A DNA stretch of 64,000 nt, taken from contig JASTWF010000037.1 in NCBI GenBank assembly GCA_030390025.1, positions 62,001-126,000 on the forward strand. The letters run 5' to 3'. The translations under genes were made by a program, and so were the position numbers. The DNA is from Squalus acanthias (taxonomy: Eukaryota). Below are positions 38,439-50,506 of this stretch, piece by piece (within the stretch, counting starts at the first letter, position 1; every line of letters starts with the position of its first letter). Under the pieces are notes generated by a model. That model did no database searches. It worked only from the letters and a program-made list of their open reading frames with translations, and was not told where the DNA came from.

Positions 38439-38934
38439 TATTATGACAGGCGACCGAAAGCTTGGTCAAAGAAATAGATTTGAAGGAGCGTCTTTAAAGG
38501 AGGAGAGAGGCGGAGAGGTTTAGGGAGGGAATTCCAGAGCTTCGGGGCCTCGGCAGCGGAAGGCACGGCCGCCAATGGTGGGGGCGACAAAAATCGGGGG
38601 ATGCGCAAGAGGCCAGAATTGGAGGGGCGCAGAGATCTCGGAGGGTTCTGGTGCTGGAGGAGGTGGGAGAGATAGGGAGGGGGCGAGGCCACGGAGGGAT
38701 TTGAAAACAAGGATGAGAATTTTAAATTTGAGGCGTCTGTGAATCGGAAGCCAATGTAGGTCAGCGAGAACATTGGGTAAGGTGGTGGGAAGTCTGTGAA
38801 GGCAGATGAATCAATATACCTATCAATTTTTGAGCTGATTGCTGACAGCAGCCTGTGGTCGAGGTGTGGCCTGTATCTCTCGGAGTCAGTGAGTCATCCC
38901 GGTGCCCAGGTACTGTCACTCATTGCAGTTGCAT

Positions 38935-39790
38935 GCTAGGATAGACTGGGCAATTACACGGCAGATGCAGCATAACATGGATAACTGTGAAGTTATCCAC
39001 TTCGGTAGGAAAAACAGAAAGGCAGAGTATTATTTAAATGGTGATAGATTGGGAAATGTTGATGTACAAAGGGAACTGGGTGTCCTTGTACACCAGTCAC
39101 TGTAAGCAAACATGCAGGTGCAGCAAGCAGTTAGGAAGGCAAATGGTATGCTGGCCTTCATTGCAAGAGGATTTGAGTACAGGAGCAAGGATGTCTTACT
39201 ACAGTTATACAGGGCCTTGGCGAGACCACACCTGGAGTAGTGTGTGCAGTTTTGGTCTCCTTACCTAAGAAAGGATATACTTGCCATAGAGGGAGTGCAG
39301 CGAAGGTTCACCTGACTGATTCCTGGGATGGCAGCACTGTCGTATGAGGAGAGATTGGGTCGACTCGGCCTGTATTCACTAGAGTTTAGAAGAATGAGAG
39401 GGGATCTCGTGGAAACGTATAAAATTCTGACAGGGCTAGACAGACTGGATGCAGGGAGGATGTTTCCCCTGGCTGGGGGGGTGTAGAACGAGGGGTCACA
39501 GTCTCAGGATACGGGGTAGGACATTTAGGACTGAGATGAGGAGAAATTTCTTCACTCAGAGGGTGGTGAACCTGTGGAATTCTCCACCACAGAAGACTGT
39601 GGAGGCCTTGTCACTGAATATATTTAAGAAGGAGATAGATTTCTAGACACAAAAGGCATCAAGGGGTATGGGGTGAGCGCGGGAATATGGTATTGAGATG
39701 GAGGATCAACAATGGTCATATTGAATGGCAGAGCAGGCTCGAAGGGCTGAATGGCCTACTCCTGCTCCTATTTTTCGATGTTTCTATCTA
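38935..39790 (+). mobile_element. Degraded CR1 fragment
   Basis: CEVIHFGRKNRKAEYYLNG; several stop codons; CTCCTGCTCCTAT tail. Confidence 0.9.
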
Positions 39791-41031
39791 TGGCCTACCC
39801 CATTGGATATCCACTGACGGGCTGTATAACAGGAGGAACAGCAATCGGGCTGATAGTGGGTGGGGGGGGCGGGGAGGGGGTGAGCGTGCTGGTGGGGGTG
39901 GGGGCACTGGTTGGGAGAGGCGCTGGGCTGTGGGAAAGGGGGGGGGCGGTCAGAGAGCCACTGAGCATTCACCAGATCTTTGCTTTCAGTTCTCTGTTCT
40001 CCACCCGCCAGCCCCCCCCCCCACCCACCTTCCTCTACGCCCCAGATTCAGTCCGCACCACCAACCCCGCTCGCCACCGCCCCGCCCCCCCTCCCCCCCC
40101 ACCTCACTGCTGCCCGTGCAATTTCTAACTGCAGTTTGACAAACATTTGCGTCAAGAGAGAAAAATAAATAATTCTTGTCAGTTGTCTTGCCTCTGATTC
40201 CAAGAATCAGAAATGAGTGGGGCCCGCAGTGAGGGTGGTGAGAGACAAACTGGAGACCCAGTTTCCCTTGTCGAATGTTCCGGCAGGAATGTCTCGGAGA
40301 ATTAGGAACACTCTAATCCTTTCATGATACCCAATCCTCACTGCGCCATACTGCAGCCCGACATTTTATATTAACCCTGTCCTATCCTTCCCTCTGTTCC
40401 CGGTTTAAACCAACCCAGTCCCCCTCTCTCACATCTAACCTCTCTCTCTCTCTCTCTCTGTCCGCCCTGGCTCAGTGGGTCGCTCTCTCCCACCTCTGAG
40501 TCAGAAGGTCGTGGGTTCGAGTCCCCACTCCAGAGACTCGAGCCCAAAATCCAGGCCGACACTCCCAGTGCCAGTACTGAGGGAGTGCTGCACTGTCGGA
40601 GGTGCCGGCTTTCGGATGAGGCGATAAACGGAGGCCTCATCTGCCCTCTCAGGCGGACCTAAAAGATCCCACGGCCACTATTTCAATTCTTTTTTTTGGC
40701 AACCCTTATGTGCGACTTACACCGTGCAATCAAGCAGTTAAAGTGGGAAATAGTGGGCAAAGCCTTCAGCAGGCCCGAATTGTTTCAAATACCCAATAAG
40801 AATCCCAAGTATGTCCATTAACTCAAAACAGAAATCATGACACATGCTAGAAACATCCCATAATTCAGGGCCTTGTGTCAGATAGTGTTTCATTCATGTG
40901 GTGTATGTACGGCTGTCCGTTTAACTAAAGCCCTCACTTTCCATGAATCTCATACAGATTTAGCTGGGTATATACTTAACGGTTTTATATATAAACTTGT
41001 ATCTCTTTCAGCGCAAAGGCTATTTTTAAGC

Positions 41032-41510
41032 GTCAGCCGTGGCTCAGTGGGCCGCACGCTCCCTTCTAGAGTCGGGAGGTCGTGGGTTCCAGTCCCACTC
41101 CAGAGACTCGAGCACAAAAATCTCAGGCTGACGCTCCCAGTGCCAGTACTGAGGGAGCGCCGCACTGTCGGAGGTGCCGTCTTTCGGACGAGACGTTAAA
41201 CCGAGCCCCCCGTCTGCTCTCTCAGGTGGACGTAAAAGATCCCACGGCCACTATTGGAGGAAGAGCAGGGGGAAGTTCTCCCCGGTGTCCTGGGACCAAT
41301 ATTTATCCCTCAACCAACATCACTAAAAACAGATGATCTGGTCATCATCACATTGCTGTTTGTGGGAGCTTGCTGTGCGCAAATTGGTTGCGGCGTTTCC
41401 TACATTACAACGGCGACTACACTCCAAAAAAAATGCACTTCATTGGCTGTGAGGCGCCTTGGGACGTCCTGAGGTGGCGAAAGGCGCTGGAGACAATCAA
41501 GTCTTTCCTT
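41032..41510 (+). mobile_element. SacSINE1/DeuSINE-like SINE, full length
   Basis: A-box TGGCTCAGTGG, B-box-like GGTTCCAGTCCC, central domain, and a tail resembling the L2 3' end. Confidence 0.88.
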
Positions 41511-41899
41511 TTGCTTCACCAGCCCCACTCGCCGAATCCGCCCGCCCCAGTGAGAATCTCAGCAGCGGGTGTTTTTTTGTTCCACCAAAGCTTTGTCGAG
41601 CCAGGGCTCTGGAAGACCTGAGTCGGCGACCCGACTCCCACCTGCCAAATCCAGCCCCCCCCCCCCCCCCCCCCCCGCACACCAATTGGTGAGAGGATTG
41701 GGTTCCCCCGTACGGCCGTGGGCCAGGGCGAGAGAGAGAGAGAGAGTAGCAGGAACGCTTCCCCGGCACCCATCTCCCATCATCTAGTGGCACGAAAACA
41801 GCTCAAGCAGAGAGAGGGCGGTGGGGGGGTGACCTGATAGGGATCCTTAAAATTGTGAAGGGGTTCAATAGGGTAGACGTAGAGATGTTTCCACTTGTG

Positions 41900-42208
41900 A
41901 TCACAGAATCCCCACAGTGCAGATAGAGGCCATTTCAGCCCATCGAGCCTGCACCGACACATATCCCACCCTATTCCCCGTAACCCCACGTATTTAATCC
42001 CCCTAACACTAAGGGTCAATTTTATCATAGCCAAATCAACCTAACCCGCACATCTTTGGACTGTGGGAGGAAACCGGAGCACCCGGAGGAAACCCACGCA
42101 GACACGGGGAGAATGTGCAAACTCCACACAGACAGTCACACCGAGGCCGGATTCGAACCCGGGTGCCTGGCGCTGTGAGGCAACAGTGCTAACCACTATG
42201 CCACCGTG
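41900..42208 (-). mobile_element. HE1-type V-SINE inserted in a CR1 fragment
   Basis: tRNA head with GGTTCGAATCC, V-domain GTGTGGAGTTTGCACATTCTCCCCGTG, CR1/HER1-like tail. Confidence 0.88.
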
Positions 42209-42416
42209 ATGGGGGGAGACCAGAACTAGGGGGGTCATAAATAAAAGATAGTCACTAATAAATCCAACCGGGAATTCAGGAGAAACTTCTTTACCCAGAG
42301 AGCGGTGAGGATGTGGAACTCGCTACCACAGGGAGTGGTTGAGGCGAATAGCATCGCTACATTAAAGGGGAGGCTAGATAAACACGCGAGGGAGAAAGGA
42401 ATAGAAGGATCTGCTG

Positions 42417-42755
42417 TAATAAAATCAGAAAATGCTGGAAATACTCAGCAGGTCAGGCAGCGTGTGTGGAGAGAGAGAGAGAGAAACAGAGTTAACGTTT
42501 CAGGTCGATGACCCTCCGTCAGAACTGGAAAAAGATGGAGATGGGACAGGTTTTTAAGCAAGGGGCAGGGGCAGGGAAAGGGGGGAGGGGAGGAAAGAGC
42601 AAAAGGGAAGGTCTGTGAGAGGGCGGAAGGCAGGAGAGATTAAGAGACATTAAGAGATGGTGCGAGGCCAAAGGAGATGGTAATGGGACAAGTTAAGAAA
42701 CAAAAGGTGGCTCTAGATGAAGTGTGAATGGCAGAATGAAAGACAGCTGCCATGT
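42417..42755 (-). mobile_element. Penelope-like retroelement fragment (family B)
   Basis: Hammerhead motif followed by ...CTGCCTGACCTGCTGAGTATTTCCAGCATTTTCTG; family assigned by recognition. Confidence 0.6.
42490..42526 (-). ncRNA. Minimal hammerhead motif with one core substitution
   Basis: AGUU-CUGACGG-A-GGGUC(AUC)GACCU-GAAA-CG-UU-AACU; core CUGANGA has an A-to-G change. Confidence 0.6.
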
Positions 42756-43609
42756 GAGAGAGAGAAAAAAATAAATAAAAGAAGGATATGCTGATGGGGT
42801 GGGAGGAGGAGGGGCGGGAGGAGGCTGGTGTGGGGCATAAACACCGGCACGGACCAGTTGGGCCGAATGGCCTGTTTCTGTGCTCAGTGTGAGAGTGGGG
42901 CATTGACACAGCACCTTTCATGACCTCAGGACGTCTCAAACTTCAAACGAATTTGCACAGTTGAAATGATTGGGTGGGCGGGGAAGGAGGGGGGTACCAC
43001 ACCCTCGGCCCAATGGATGCTTGTCTGATGAGAGCCCCGTGAAAATCTCTTCACGTCGGCACAGGTTAATGCCTGTGTGTGTGTGTGTGTGTGTTTGAAA
43101 AAAAACGCTTGCCCAAGTCACATGTTAAAATATTGTCTTTAAAAACAGCTGCAAACCAAGAACGTCACAGTAGATGGAAAGGGGTCCCATTCGGAGAATA
43201 TTTCATCCTTCCCCTGGGGTTTTTTTTTTGATGGTGCGGTGTGGGGGGCGGTTGGAGGGAGGGTGTGTGTGTGGGGGGCTGGTGACGGTGTTTGTCAGCT
43301 GTAGTGCCGAGTTTGGACAGTGCATTGGCAAGCGGCCAGCTGGACGAGGAAAGCTGACTGTACATTGAAGCACAGAGTGTACCAGATTATAATTAAGAAA
43401 TGATGGTCGCGATCCTTCGCCTTGCCAGAGAACTGAAGGCTGAAGGAGCTCGCAGAAATGAAAACTTTCGAATCGAGGAGACTTCTGTAACCCAGTGATG
43501 AGTTACTTAGGGCAGACGGCCTGTCACAACATGAGAGCGACTCCCGCCCATCCGGTCGTATCACTTTAGGCTCTGTGTCGTCCCCATCCCCGCCCCGGGG
43601 GGCAAGGGA

Positions 43610-44020
43610 ACGCTGTGATTTTAAAATTCTCACCCTCCTGTTCAACTCTCGCCATGGCCTCGCCCCCCCACTCCCTATCTCTGTAGCCTCCTCCAGCCCT
43701 ACAATCCCCCCGAGATCTCTGCGTTCCTCTGATTCTGGCCTCTTGTGCATCCCCCGATTTCCATCGCTCCACCATTGATGGCCGTGCCTTCAGCCGCCCA
43801 GGCCCCAAGCTCTGGAATTCCCTCCCCAAACCTCTCCGCCTCTCTCTCCTCCTTTAAGACGCTCCTTAAAACCGACCTCTTTGACCATGCTTTTGGTCAC
43901 CTGTCCCTAATATCTCCTTATGTAGCTCGGTGTCAAATTTCGTCGTGATTTACGCTCTCGTGAAGCGCCTTGGGACGTTTTACGACGTTACAGGCGCTGT
44001 ATAAATGCAGGTTGTTGTTG
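43610..44020 (+). mobile_element. L2 3' fragment
   Basis: Family match with tail. Confidence 0.85.
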
Positions 44021-44204
44021 GGAGAATGCACAGATTCTGATTCACAAATCTGAGGCAAAGCCTATTTTAAAAATGGGCAGCGTTGAAATCTGAAGCAAAT
44101 TTTAGTTCCCATCCTCTGCCACCCGCCCCCACCGCCCCCCCCCCCCACCACTTCCACAATAGGCAAGAGTGCTGCCACCGAGCCAAGGATGATGCCTAAA
44201 AAAA

Positions 44205-44494
44205 AAAGAAAGACTTGCATTTATATCCGCGCCATTCACAACCTCAGGCTGTCCTGAAGCGCTTCACAGCCAATGAAGTACAGTCCCTGTTGTAATGTAG
44301 GAAATGCGGCAGCCAATTTGCGCACAGCAAGCTCCCACAAACATCAATGTGATAATGACCAGATAATCTGTTTTTAGTGATGTTGATTGAGGAATAAATA
44401 TTGGCCCCAGGACACCGGGGAGAACTCCCCCCCTGCTCTTCTTCAAAATAGTGGCCGTGGGATCTTTTACGTCCACCTGAGAGAGCAATAGAGG

Positions 44495-44525
<31 letters not shown>

Positions 44526-44665
44526 ACCTCCGACAGTGCAGCACTCCCTCAGCACTGGCACCGTCACAGCCTAGATTTTTGTGCTCAAGTCTCTGGAGCG
44601 GGACTTGAACCCGCAGCCTTCTGACTCAGAGGCGAGGGTGCTACCCACTGAGCCACAGGCTGACA
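44205..44665 (-). mobile_element. SacSINE1-like SINE, full length
   Basis: Family match. Confidence 0.88.
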
Positions 44666-44690
44666 TCTCGACCTGCCTGTCACCTACCGT

Positions 44691-45049
44691 TAGGCTTGCC
44701 AACTCTGCTCGGCCATATTCCTGGAGGTTTCATCGCGTGACCTCGCCCCGCCCCGCCCCGCCCCATCACTCCCGCCATTGGTCCATCCTCCAGGCGCCCC
44801 GCCCCGCCTTCCCACAGCCAATGAGAAAAGGAAACAGGCTCTTGGTTACCCGACTGGCTGACCTTGAGTCAAAAACAGCCTCTTGTTCCCCATCTCCAAT
44901 ATTTCTATAACTAATTAATGAACGCCTTTCAAGAAAATTAGAATAAAAAACACTGTTTGGTTTCATGCCCCCTGTGATTTTTCTCCTAGGTTTGCTCGTA
45001 GCAGTGTCCTGGAGTCTCCAGGTCAATCCTGGAGGGTTGGCAACCCCTC
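44691..45049. mobile_element. Non-autonomous hAT-like DNA transposon (TAGGGTTGCCA-type termini)
   Basis: TAGGCTTGCCAAC ... GTTGGCAACCCCT termini; degenerate 8-bp flanks CCTACCGT / CCTAATGT; relatives at 51348-51718, 47860-48120, 10293-10406 and 10815-11530. Confidence 0.7.
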
Positions 45050-45259
45050 CCTAATGTGTTCATCTTCCCTGTCCTCCATCGCCTCCCGCTGTAACTCCCC
45101 TAGTGCCGCCTTTATGTCGGCCTCAAAAGCCTGAATAGCGAAATAAGTCTATCCCGAAATACTAAAACTCTACTTTGACTCCGTTTCTCGGGAATGATAT
45201 TCAAGTAGTCTTCCTGAAATCTTCGCCCCCCCCCCCCGCCTTTCGAGTAAAGTTCGAGT

Positions 45260-45890
45260 TGCTCCCGGTTAAGCAGCGCCTCGATTTAAAAATTCTCATC
45301 CTTGTTTTCAAATCCCTTCACGGCCTCGCCCCCCCCTCCCCATCTCTGTAATCCCCTCCAGCCCCACAACCCCTCGAGATATCTGCGCTCCTCTAATTCT
45401 GCCCTCTTGAGCATCCCTGATTATAATCACTCAACCATTGGCGGCCGTGCCACAGTGCAGATAGAGGCCATTTCGGCCCATCGAGCCTGCACCGACACAT
45501 ATCCCACCCTATCCCCGTAACCCCACGTATTTAATCCCCCCTAACACTAAGGGTCAATTTATCATAGCCAAATCAACCTAACCCGCACATCTTTGGACTG
45601 TGGGAGGAAACCGGAGCACCCGGAGGAAACCCACGCAGACACGGGGAGAATGTGCAAACTCCACACAGACAGTCACCCGAGGCCGGATTCGAACCCGGGT
45701 CCCTGGCGCTGTGAGGCAACAGTGCTAACCACTATGCCACCGTGTTGCCGAGCTTTTGGTCACCTGTCCCTAATTTCTCCTTAGGTGGCTCGGTGTCAGA
45801 TTTTTTTTACTTGTCTTACAATACTCCTGTGCAGCGCCTTGGGACGTTTTACTACGTTAAAGGCGCTATTGTAAATACAAGTTGTTGTTG
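45260..45890 (+). mobile_element. L2 3' fragment interrupted by HE1
   Basis: L2 sequence on both sides of 45451-45750. Confidence 0.85.
45451..45750 (-). mobile_element. HE1-type V-SINE
   Basis: Nearly identical to 41900-42208. Confidence 0.88.
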
Positions 45891-46199
45891 CTGGAGATGG
45901 AGGCGGGATCGGTCCTCAAATAACTGGAGCACGCTCCAAAGATAAGGCCTTGACTGTAGCTCGAATTGTCCGCTGTCTCTATTGGGGCCTGACAGCAACG
46001 CTAAGACTTGACTCTGGAAACCTTGCTGTTAAAGCCTTTTATTTTTCGATCTGGTTTAAGACGGGATTGCCTCGAGTAACGCGATGCTTAACACGTCGAT
46101 CTAAAAAAAAAGGCAACTGCATCGAGTTAACCCTGGTACTGTACTCAGAGCGAGCTGTTGTGATACCATTATCTTGGCAACAAGGGACTGGCATGTCGT

Positions 46200-46604
46200 T
46201 TTTTATTAATTCATTCTCGGGATGTGGGCGTCGCTGGCAAGGCCGGTATTTATTGCCCATCCCTAATTGCCCCTTGAGAAGTTGGTGGTGAGCTGCCTTC
46301 TTGACTACAACTGAGTGGCACAGGGCAGATTAAGAGTCAACCACATTGCTGTGGGTCTGGAGTCACATATAGGCCAGGTAGGATTTCCTTCCCTAAGGGA
46401 CATTAGTGAACCAGCTGGGTTTTTTACGACAATCCGGTAGTTTCATGGTTCACCATTACTGAGACTAGCTTTTTATTCAGATTTATTTAATTAACTGAAT
46501 TTAAATTCCCCAGCTGCCGTGGTGGGATTTGAACTCGAGTCTACTGGATGATTAATCCAGGCTTCTGGATTGCTAAGCCCAGTAACATAACCACTATGCT
46601 ACCC
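46200..46604 (-). mobile_element. tRNA-derived SINE (second family)
   Basis: Head GGTAGCATAGTGGTTATG, B-box GAGTTCAAATCCC; tail shared with the LINE at 54555-55465. Confidence 0.8.
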
Positions 46605-46716
46605 TACCCAGTAGCATCATTTCGTTAGTCATCCACACTGGAGGCCTTGTTATTGACTGACGCGCGACTGTTTTCATCTTGCCGGGGCCTTGATTCCTGC
46701 TGCAGCCGGCAAGCCT

Positions 46717-46730
46717 GTTGCCATGGTAAC
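46717..46730. promoter_or_regulatory. RFX X-box motif
   Basis: GTTGCCATGGTAAC is a consensus match in non-repeat DNA. Confidence 0.5.
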
Positions 46731-48139
46731 CAGCCTGTCTAAATTTGTTTCCCTTCTTCCCTTTTCTTTCAGATTGTTGATATCCGGCGTTCCCCCTCCG
46801 CTTCCTGAAGTATTGAGGGAATACGACCGACCGCCCTGCTCCACCCCCCCTGCCTCCCCTCATCCGACCCACGTTTACGACTGAGAAACAATTCTTTTTT
46901 CAGCCCCCCACCTTCAAGCTTACAGCCAACTCGCCTCAGGAGCCGGACTTAGGAAATAAGTTATTACTTTTCATTTTTGCACATCGAGATACTCTGCACC
47001 ATGGACAAAGCACTTAGCCACATCCTTGGGTTGTGGTTCCCCGAACTGCCAACAAGACTTTCAGGAGAGGATGGGCGGGGGGGGGGGCGAAAAAAGAAAA
47101 AAAAAAAATATTGCCAAGCCGATCTTCAGAGAGGCAAGCGTCCCATCAACCGGACGCCACCTGGACGAGCCTTCTTTCCTGATTCTTGGATTAACTCCTC
47201 TGTGCCTGGCCACAGGCCGACATAGGAATGTTTAAACGGCAAGTTGCTGGAAGACTTGGCATGGAATCCACATGTCCCAAAGCCTTCTGCACTGCCAGAG
47301 CCTACTGTTCACAACCTACCCTTGCCTGACTCAAGAACATTGGCATTGTGACCGTCTGCGATGCTTTTGTATTAACGTGACTTGTTAAATCAGCCGCACT
47401 CAGCTTATAATGCCCTTCTGTAGAGGGAGGGGAGATGATCAGTTCGAATCTCCCTTTATTTTTCATTCCCGCCTTCCCCCATCACCCCCCCACCCCCGTA
47501 TCTGCAACCCAACTGATCACAAGGAAAAGCTGTAAGATACGCACAGTCGAAGAGGTGACATTTCCGGTGCCTTCGAAATCCAACTTTTTGACAGACCAAG
47601 ATGACCGCCTGCCTTGACTGGACTGGGCCGGGCCAGGAGGCTTACCTCAGAAAACACCAGCTCCAACTTCACCAGCACCAGCGGCTTAATCCAGCCAGTG
47701 CCATCCCAGGTGCCGCGTGGCCCTACCCGCAGAGGTTGGCATCTGAAACTGTAAAGAGCGCCGGGGGCGCGCGTTTTTTTGTTCTTTTAAAAAAATCAAA
47801 CAAACCGGCTGCCCCGTGTTTTCCCCAACGTTCTCGCGATGACCAAAAGAGGGGGGCCTTGGGTTGACAACTCCGGTTGGCCGTATTCCCTGGAGGTTTC
47901 ATCGCACGTGACCTCCAACCGCCCCGCCCCCTCCCCCCCTCGCACTCCTGCCATTGGTTGCCCGACACGCCCATCCTCGCGCCGTCCCGCCTCCACGCAC
48001 CGATTGGACAGCGAACAGACTCTTAATTACCCGGTTGAATGATGCTTGACTGTCAAACCGCCTTCTTATCCCGTCTCCCAATATTTTTATAACTAATAAA
48101 TGTTCAAAAGAAACTGAAAAAAAATCACACACGCCCCCC

Positions 48140-48480
48140 CCATTCTCTTTCTATCTCTATTTCTCTCTTCTATCTCATGCTATCTCTTTTTCTTGTCTCT
48201 GTATCTCACACGCTGTCCCTGTCTCTTTTCTCTCTTTTTCTCTCTCACTTCTCTCATCTCTCTCTCTCTGATATCTCATTCTCTCTTTCCTCTCCCCTCT
48301 TTCTCTCATTCTCTCCTCTCCCTCCCATTCTCTCTCATCTTTCTCTCTCCCGTTCTCTCATCTTTCAACCCTCTCTCATTCTCTCTTTCTCTCCTCTCAT
48401 TCTTTCTCGCTCTCTCTCGCCCCTCTTTCTGGCTTTCTACTTTCTCTCCTTTCTCTTTGTTCCCTCTCTCTCTCTCCCTA
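48140..48480. repeat. CT-rich low-complexity tract
   Basis: Directly visible. Confidence 0.9.
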
Positions 48481-49683
48481 TGGATGAAGCTCGCCCTCTG
48501 CACAGGGAATGGCCTTCACTGAAGGCCTGGCTGTCACCTCCCCGCACTGGGGGGGAAATCCTAACCCAATCGCCCCGCGTTCCTCCACCGACGACACTAC
48601 CCATTATCGCCCAGTCACACTTCCCCACCCCACCCCACCCAAAACCCACCCACTTTTGTTCGAATACGGAATGTAATAACTAACAAAGATTAGTAATGAA
48701 TTTATAAAGAATATATATATTTTATTTTAGTTAAAGTGATAATTTATTAATAAGGTAGCTGGAGAGATAAAGTAGCCACGCTCTCTGGGCACCCACCCCC
48801 AGTCCCTGCTCGGTCACAGTCACAGCTTGTGCCTCCCATGGTACCACCCCTCCTTTCCTGAAGGTGTTGACTCTCACTGGGTTACGGGTTTAAATGGGCA
48901 CCCACCCTCCGGCACCTCGCCCCCAAGTGACCGTACTTCACTTTGAAGCCCGGGGGGCCGTGGGTGTCGGCAGGCCATTCGACCATGGGAGGAAGCACAG
49001 TGGAGCCTGAAGCTGCTCTCACCCAGGCCTCCACGTGCACACACACTCTTCCAGCAGGGAGCAGTGGACAGCAACCAGGAGAGGAACCCTGGCTGATTTA
49101 CCCCGCCCTCCCCCCACTCCCCACCACACATCAGGGACACTGGGGCAAGTTGTAGCACCCCTACTGTCATCTCAGTGAAACCAGGTGACTTGGCACAGTC
49201 AGAGTATCGTACCTTCTGGTCTGTCTGGCTCAGTACCCACATTGGGTGGTGCATTTAATAACTGAGCCTTCAGATCACCTCTCCCACCAAGCTTTGTAAA
49301 ACTTGGGATTATCCTTCCCCCCTCCTGCGGTCCTTTAACCTCTGCTCCAACGCAAAGAGATTGACTTCAGTGACACGCTTCATCACCGGTCAGCTCTGGC
49401 CCACCCTGTGAGTGGCACCAATCCCAATATCATCCCAACAACTCAACCCTGGACAGCCCATTAAAAAATAGACACAAATTGATTGCATATCTTACAGCAG
49501 AACTCTCACAGAGGAAGCACACTTTCTGCAAGTGCTACCACTGTCCCCTCACACTTTCCACCTTGCTTTCTGCTTAACCCGTTCCCACTCTCTCTTTGTC
49601 CCTCACACTTTCCATCTCACACTTACACGCTCACGCTTTTCCCCTCAAACTTTTTCCATCACACTTCCTTCTTCACACTTACA

Positions 49684-50506
49684 CACAGATACCAGCTCCT
49701 CCATCACCCACACACACAGCCTGTTCCACTCTCAGATACCAGCTCCTCCATCACCCACACACACAGCCTGTCCCACTCTCAGATACCAGCTCCTCCATCA
49801 CCCACACACAGCCTGTCACACTCTCAGATACCAGCTCCTCCATCACCCACACAGCCTGTCACACTCTCAGATACCAGCTCCTCCATCACCCACACACAGC
49901 CTGTCCCACTCTCAGATACCAGCTCCTCCATCACCCACACACAGCCTGTCACACTCTCAGATACCAGCTCCTCCATCACCCACACAGCCTGTCCCACTCT
50001 CAGATACCAGCTCCTCCATCACCCACACACAGCCTGTCCCACTCTCAGATACCAGCTCCTCCATCACACACACACAGCCTGTCCCACTCTCAGATACCAG
50101 CTCCTCCATCACCCACACACAGCCTGTCCCACTCTCAGATACCAGCTCCTCCATCACCCACACACACACAGCCTGTCCCACTCTCAGATACCAGCTCCTC
50201 CATCACCCACACACACACAGCCTGTCCCACTCTCAGATACCAGCTCCTCCATCACCCACACACAGCCTGTCCCACTCTCCGATACCAGCTCCTCCATCAC
50301 CCACACCCAGCCTGTCCCACTCTCAGATACCAGCTCCTCCATCACACACACACAGCCTGTCCCACTCTCAGATACCAGCTCCTCCATCACCCACACACAG
50401 CCTGTCCCACTCTCAGATACCAGCTCCTCCATCACCCACACACAGCCTGTCCCACTCTCAGATACCAGCTCCTCCATCACTCACACACACAGCCTGTCCC
50501 ACTCTG
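49684..50506. repeat. ~45-bp minisatellite with variable internal (CA)n, about 18 units
   Basis: Unit CAGATACCAGCTCCTCCATCACCCACACACAGCCTGTCCCACTCT. Confidence 0.95.

Larger units (their letters stand above)
37990..38770 (-). mobile_element. L2 3' fragment interrupted by a Penelope-like insertion
   Basis: L2 ...GGAGATATTA|..|GACAGGCGACCGAAAGC is continuous across the insert. Confidence 0.85.

Noticed and set aside
42130..42208. tRNA-like sequences with A and B boxes
   Set aside because: They are SINE heads continuing into SINE bodies, not tRNA genes.
43020..43050. CUGAUGA...GAAA spacing
   Set aside because: No stem II can form between the two motifs.
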